This document shows, piece by piece, positions 34,141-37,443 of a stretch of DNA of 37,443 nt. The DNA is from an uncultured Rhodothermales bacterium (GTDB lineage Bacteria; Bacteroidota; Rhodothermia; Rhodothermales; UBA10348). The stretch's first letter is position 1; each line of letters opens with the position of its first letter. Below the pieces are notes generated by a model. It did not search any database, was not told the DNA's origin, and saw nothing but the letters and a program-made list of their open reading frames with translations. The DNA is taken from NCBI GenBank assembly GCA_964512485.1, contig CAZEHJ010000031.1, forward strand, positions 1 through 37,443. Reading direction: 5' to 3'. The translations under genes were made by a program, and so were the position numbers.

Positions 34141-36782
34141 TGTTCAATCTGGATGCTGCCATATCGACCTGGAGACGTAGTCTCGAGCACAATCGCATCT
34201 TCCTGCAGGAAGATATCGAAGAACTCGAGCGTCACATTCGTGACCATGTTCAATTCGGAGTTGAACAGGGACTCGATGAGAAAGAAGCGTATCGCAATGC
34301 GCTCCGGGAAGTGGGAGATCCATTGGGAATGGAAGACGAATACAAAAAGGTGTTCTGGGAAAAGGTGGCGTCTCGTCAAGGACTGTTCAAAGAGTTAATC
34401 TGGGAGTTGAAAATGTTTGCCGGTTATATACGAATTGCCATCAGAAATCTGTGGCGAAACAAGGGCTACACGTCCATAAATATTCTCGGTCTGTCAGCAG
34501 GCCTGGCCTGTTTCCTCGTCATTCTTCTCTTCGTAAGGGACGAGATGAGTTTTGATCAGCACAACGACAACGCGGACAGGATTGTGCGCGTCCTCTACGG
34601 CGAACGCCAGGTCGTTACGCCAACGGCCGTCGGACCATCGTTGTCTCGCGAATTTCCCGAAGTTGAAGCCTTCGCCCGCATATATCCTTACGGGATGTAT
34701 CGACCAACCTCGGTGCGAAAGGACTCGCGCATGTTCGAAGAATCCGGCTTCTTCTATGCTGATTCGACCGTGTTCGATGTCTTCACATTTGAGGTAATCG
34801 CGGGTGATCCGTCAATCGCCCTGAATCGACCCGGTACGGTCGTCTTGACGGAATCGAGCGCGATCAAATACTTCGGCAACGAGAATCCAATGGGGCAGAC
34901 CTTGTCCGTTGGGTCTGGATCCGAATTCGAGGTGACTCTGGTCATCCGGGATTTGCCGCTGACTTCGCACCTGCAATTTGATTTCCTGGCCTCCTTTGCA
35001 TCGACGAGTTGGGCTACGCGGGAAATCTGGAATTCCGCCAACTTTTACACCTATTTGCTGCTGGAGCGCTCTGCTACGCTCGACAACGTCAAAGCAAAAA
35101 TGGACGTGTTGGTGAATGAGCGACGTGCCCAGTCGGGTGGAGCTATTCCGGAGAGCTTTGAGTTGAATCTGCAGAAGCTGACCGACATCAGGCTGATTCA
35201 TGAAGGGCGAATGGTGTTCGTCTATATGTTTTCGGCGATCGGGCTTCTGATTTTGCTGGTGGCTTGCGCGAACTACACGAATCTGGCGACCGCGCGCGCG
35301 GCACGCCGCGCGCGCGAAGTGGGTATCCGCAAACTTTCCGGTGCTCACAGAGGTCAACTCTCCCGTCAGTTTTTTGGTGAGTCTGCTCTTCTGGTCTTCT
35401 TTGCGATGGCAATTGCTGCACTTCTTGTCTCGCTTGCCATCAAACCATTTAACGATCTGTCCGGAAAGGCTGTATTGTTCGAGCCACTGTCGGATCCGCT
35501 TATTTTGCCGGTACTGTTCGGACTTGGAATCCTGATCAGTCTTATCGCCGGTAGTTATCCGGCGCTGATGCTGGCCTCATTCGAACCAGCACGCGTGTTG
35601 AAAAACTCGTCCCGGACCGGTTCAGGCGGGTTTGGGTTCAGAAGAATTCTCGTGGTGTTTCAATTCTCGGTGACGGTATTCCTTCTCGCGGGCATGATGA
35701 TTGTCCGTTTTCAGCTGGTGCATCTTCAAGACAAAGAGCTCGGCTTTGACAAGGAGAACGTCCTTGTCCTGACGATTTCCGACTCTCAACTGAGGGATTC
35801 TTATCAGCGCCTCAAGGCGGCCTTTCTTCAGCTACCCGAAGTCACTGATGCGTCGGCGGTGCACAGCATCCCGGGCTATCAGTTTTCCGGATATGGAATG
35901 AAAATCGAGGGTCAGGATCTGGAAGCCGATGATGCCAACGGTGCCATCCTCGTATCCGGAATCCCTGCCGATCAAGATGTGTCGACGACACTGGGGCTGA
36001 ATATTATCGCAGGTAATGGATTCGCCGACGATCCGGGATACGAGGCCAGCAACGGCAGCTACAGGTATCTGGTGAACGAGTCGCTGATCGATGAAATAGA
36101 ATGGGACGCCGAAGAAGCGATCGGACGCCGAATCAACTTGATGTCAAATCGCGTCGGTCAAATCGTGGGCGTCTACAAGGATTACCACTATCAGTCGCTG
36201 CACAACGACATCGGTCCTCAGGCATTGTTCATCGAACCTGGACAGTTCAGTTTCTTGATGTTAAAAACGAGCGGCGCAAGTATTTCGGCGACGATGGCTG
36301 GAATCGAAACCATTTGGAAAGACATGGCGCCGGGTCGCGCGTTCGTGTTCAAATTTCTTGACGATGAGTTCGATGCCCTCTATCGCAGCGATCGACAGAT
36401 CGGTACGATAGTGTCCATTTTTTCCATTTTGGCCGTCTTCATCGCGTGTCTGGGATTGCTGGGCCTTGCCTCCTATTCAGCCGAGCAACGCACGAAAGAG
36501 ATCGGCATCCGGAAGGCAATGGGGGCCAATGTCGGTCAGATATTCGTCTTGATGACGTCCGAACTTGCCCAGTTGGTCATCATTTCGGTTGCCATATCGG
36601 TACCATTTGCATGGTATATCATGTCGCGATGGTTGGACAACTTCGCCTACAGAATCGATCTCGCCTGGTGGATCTTCGCCCTTGCTGGATTGACCGCATT
36701 GGCGCTGGCTGTCATCACGGTCACGTACCAGTCGGTGAAAGCCGCCATGGCGGATCCCATCGAGAGTCTTCGTTACGAATAG
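34140..36782 (+). CDS. FtsX-like ABC-transporter permease (MacB-type, two FtsX/permease domains) with PadR-associated N-terminal permease-prefix domain
   Basis: Start at ATG 34140 (MFNLDAAISTWRRSLEHN...). A permease-prefix-like region of about 100 aa is followed by IRIAIRNLWRNKGYTSINILGLSAGLACFLVILLFV (FtsX N-terminal TM). Extracytoplasmic domains and two 4-TM FtsX modules follow (e.g. ...YSAEQRTKEIGIRKAMGA...). No ABC ATPase gene lies within the window. Confidence 0.75.
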   Translation: MFNLDAAISTWRRSLEHNRIFLQEDIEELERHIRDHVQFGVEQGLDEKEAYRNALREVGDPLGMEDEYKKVFWEKVASRQGLFKELIWELKMFAGYIRIAIRNLWRNKGYTSINILGLSAGLACFLVILLFVRDEMSFDQHNDNADRIVRVLYGERQVVTPTAVGPSLSREFPEVEAFARIYPYGMYRPTSVRKDSRMFEESGFFYADSTVFDVFTFEVIAGDPSIALNRPGTVVLTESSAIKYFGNENPMGQTLSVGSGSEFEVTLVIRDLPLTSHLQFDFLASFASTSWATREIWNSANFYTYLLLERSATLDNVKAKMDVLVNERRAQSGGAIPESFELNLQKLTDIRLIHEGRMVFVYMFSAIGLLILLVACANYTNLATARAARRAREVGIRKLSGAHRGQLSRQFFGESALLVFFAMAIAALLVSLAIKPFNDLSGKAVLFEPLSDPLILPVLFGLGILISLIAGSYPALMLASFEPARVLKNSSRTGSGGFGFRRILVVFQFSVTVFLLAGMMIVRFQLVHLQDKELGFDKENVLVLTISDSQLRDSYQRLKAAFLQLPEVTDASAVHSIPGYQFSGYGMKIEGQDLEADDANGAILVSGIPADQDVSTTLGLNIIAGNGFADDPGYEASNGSYRYLVNESLIDEIEWDAEEAIGRRINLMSNRVGQIVGVYKDYHYQSLHNDIGPQALFIEPGQFSFLMLKTSGASISATMAGIETIWKDMAPGRAFVFKFLDDEFDALYRSDRQIGTIVSIFSILAVFIACLGLLGLASYSAEQRTKEIGIRKAMGANVGQIFVLMTSELAQLVIISVAISVPFAWYIMSRWLDNFAYRIDLAWWIFALAGLTALALAVITVTYQSVKAAMADPIESLRYE

Positions 36783-36783
36783 A

Positions 36784-37443
36784 TTATTGCCCCGACAGTC
36801 CGGCCCTGAGGACGGGCTCCTGTTTGACGACGTGACTTCCGCCTGCAATGGCAAAGACGCGTTCACCTCTAGCCGTCAATTCCAGTATGATAGCCGCGGC
36901 ATGTCGGTCACGCACCTGATTGACCAGAGCGGAAAGTTGTTGAAGCCGGGTCCCGTCATCATTTGGCCAGACAGCACTGGATGGCAGGGTGCGCCAGTCT
37001 CGTTCGTCGAAGAACTGAGATGTCCAAACAGCATCCATTTCTTCAATCGATGAAACACTTCGATCCAAACCGGTTCGGGCTCCACGTTTTTTAAGAAGGT
37101 GAAGGGCCAGGTCTTCAAGTTTTTCGGGTCTTACTTCATCGCCCCGTTCGGACAGGTAAACACGGAGCGTATAGAAGAGTGTCGCTTCTTCACGTGAAAA
37201 CGTCTCCAGAACAAGAGATACTTCATCCTCCCAGGTAGGCTCAAGCGTCCATACTGGTATTCCGGCTTCCTCGGCCAGATGGATAACCTGTCCGAACTCT
37301 CCCAGGAATTTGATTTTCTGCTTTCTTCCCGGAAGGTGAAAACCGCCCGTATTCTCGGTGACAGCTACTGTCGGTCTGAACTCGGTGAATCTGGTTTCAA
37401 TATCGGCGATCTGGGGATCGTCGGCATCATTGGTGTGCCATGA
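36784..37443 (-). CDS. TraB/GumN-like family protein (partial; N-terminus beyond window end)
   Basis: Hand translation of the minus strand from the window end reads open in frame for 219 codons to TAA at 36784-36786: SWHTNDADDPQIADIETRFTEF...GFHLPGRKQKIKFLGEFGQVIHLAEEAGIPVWTLEP...ERVFAIAGGSHVVKQEPVLRAGLSGQ. The ORF track shows only the last 94 aa. The C-terminal VFAIAGGSHVV resembles the conserved GAAHL block of TraB/GumN proteins. This is a weak family call. Confidence 0.45.
   Translation of the reverse strand, partial: SWHTNDADDPQIADIETRFTEFRPTVAVTENTGGFHLPGRKQKIKFLGEFGQVIHLAEEAGIPVWTLEPTWEDEVSLVLETFSREEATLFYTLRVYLSERGDEVRPEKLEDLALHLLKKRGARTGLDRSVSSIEEMDAVWTSQFFDERDWRTLPSSAVWPNDDGTRLQQLSALVNQVRDRHAAAIILELTARGERVFAIAGGSHVVKQEPVLRAGLSGQ

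Noticed and set aside
34812-35357. Minus-strand 181-aa ORF.
   Set aside because: It is antisense inside the FtsX permease gene and is Arg/Gln-rich.
1-37443. Search for tRNA/rRNA genes, integrases, transposases, or toxin-antitoxin and defence genes.
   Set aside because: No cloverleaf-like conserved tRNA boxes were found in intergenic regions. No recognisable mobile-element or defence protein motifs appeared in any ORF.

Overview
This is a 37.4-kb window of moderately GC-rich bacterial DNA. The ORF-track start codons I verified by hand include three TTG and four GTG starts, and I see no obvious Shine-Dalgarno spacing. Together with the gene content (DUF5686/DUF5916-type secreted proteins, a PadR + FtsX-permease pair, a PSCyt1 cytochrome domain) this suggests an FCB-group organism (Bacteroidota/Rhodothermota/Balneolota-like). 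That taxonomic call is inference only.

The left half (positions 3 to 19564) lies entirely on the minus strand and forms one tightly packed co-directional array. In transcription order it reads:
- Cys-less Rrf2 regulator
- lipoprotein sulfatase
- putative dihaem-b membrane protein
- membrane-anchored TPR protein
- 20-haem c-type cytochrome
- 13-haem c-type cytochrome
- outer-membrane beta-barrel
- membrane-anchored ferredoxin/FNR fusion
- PSCyt1 cytochrome c fused to a YVTN beta-propeller
- cupredoxin-like protein
- two tandem copies of a translationally coupled pair of dihaem cytochrome-c-peroxidase (CCP/MauG)-family genes
- a Tat-exported Rieske subunit
- the Mo-bisPGD catalytic subunit of the arsenite-oxidase (AioA) / iodate-reductase (IdrA) clade

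The last gene runs off the left edge and is absent from the ORF track for that reason. The CCP pairs sit directly on the Rieske/Mo genes with stop/start overlaps. That arrangement is the idrP1P2-idrBA (iodate reductase) signature in duplicated form. It is here additionally wired to what looks like a porin-cytochrome / quinol-dehydrogenase module. I am not aware of this combination having been described, and it is the main candidate for a novel system in this window.

The right half (19.6 to 37.4 kb) carries ordinary accessory and housekeeping genes: DUF5686 and DUF5916 secreted proteins, an OmpA-PKD protein, a flotillin-NfeD operon, an esterase lipoprotein, a DUF819-like membrane protein, a MoeB-rhodanese fusion, a pentapeptide-repeat protein, a PadR regulator with an orphan FtsX-type permease, and a TraB/GumN-like gene cut by the right edge.

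I see no rRNA, tRNA, CRISPR array or mobile-element genes.
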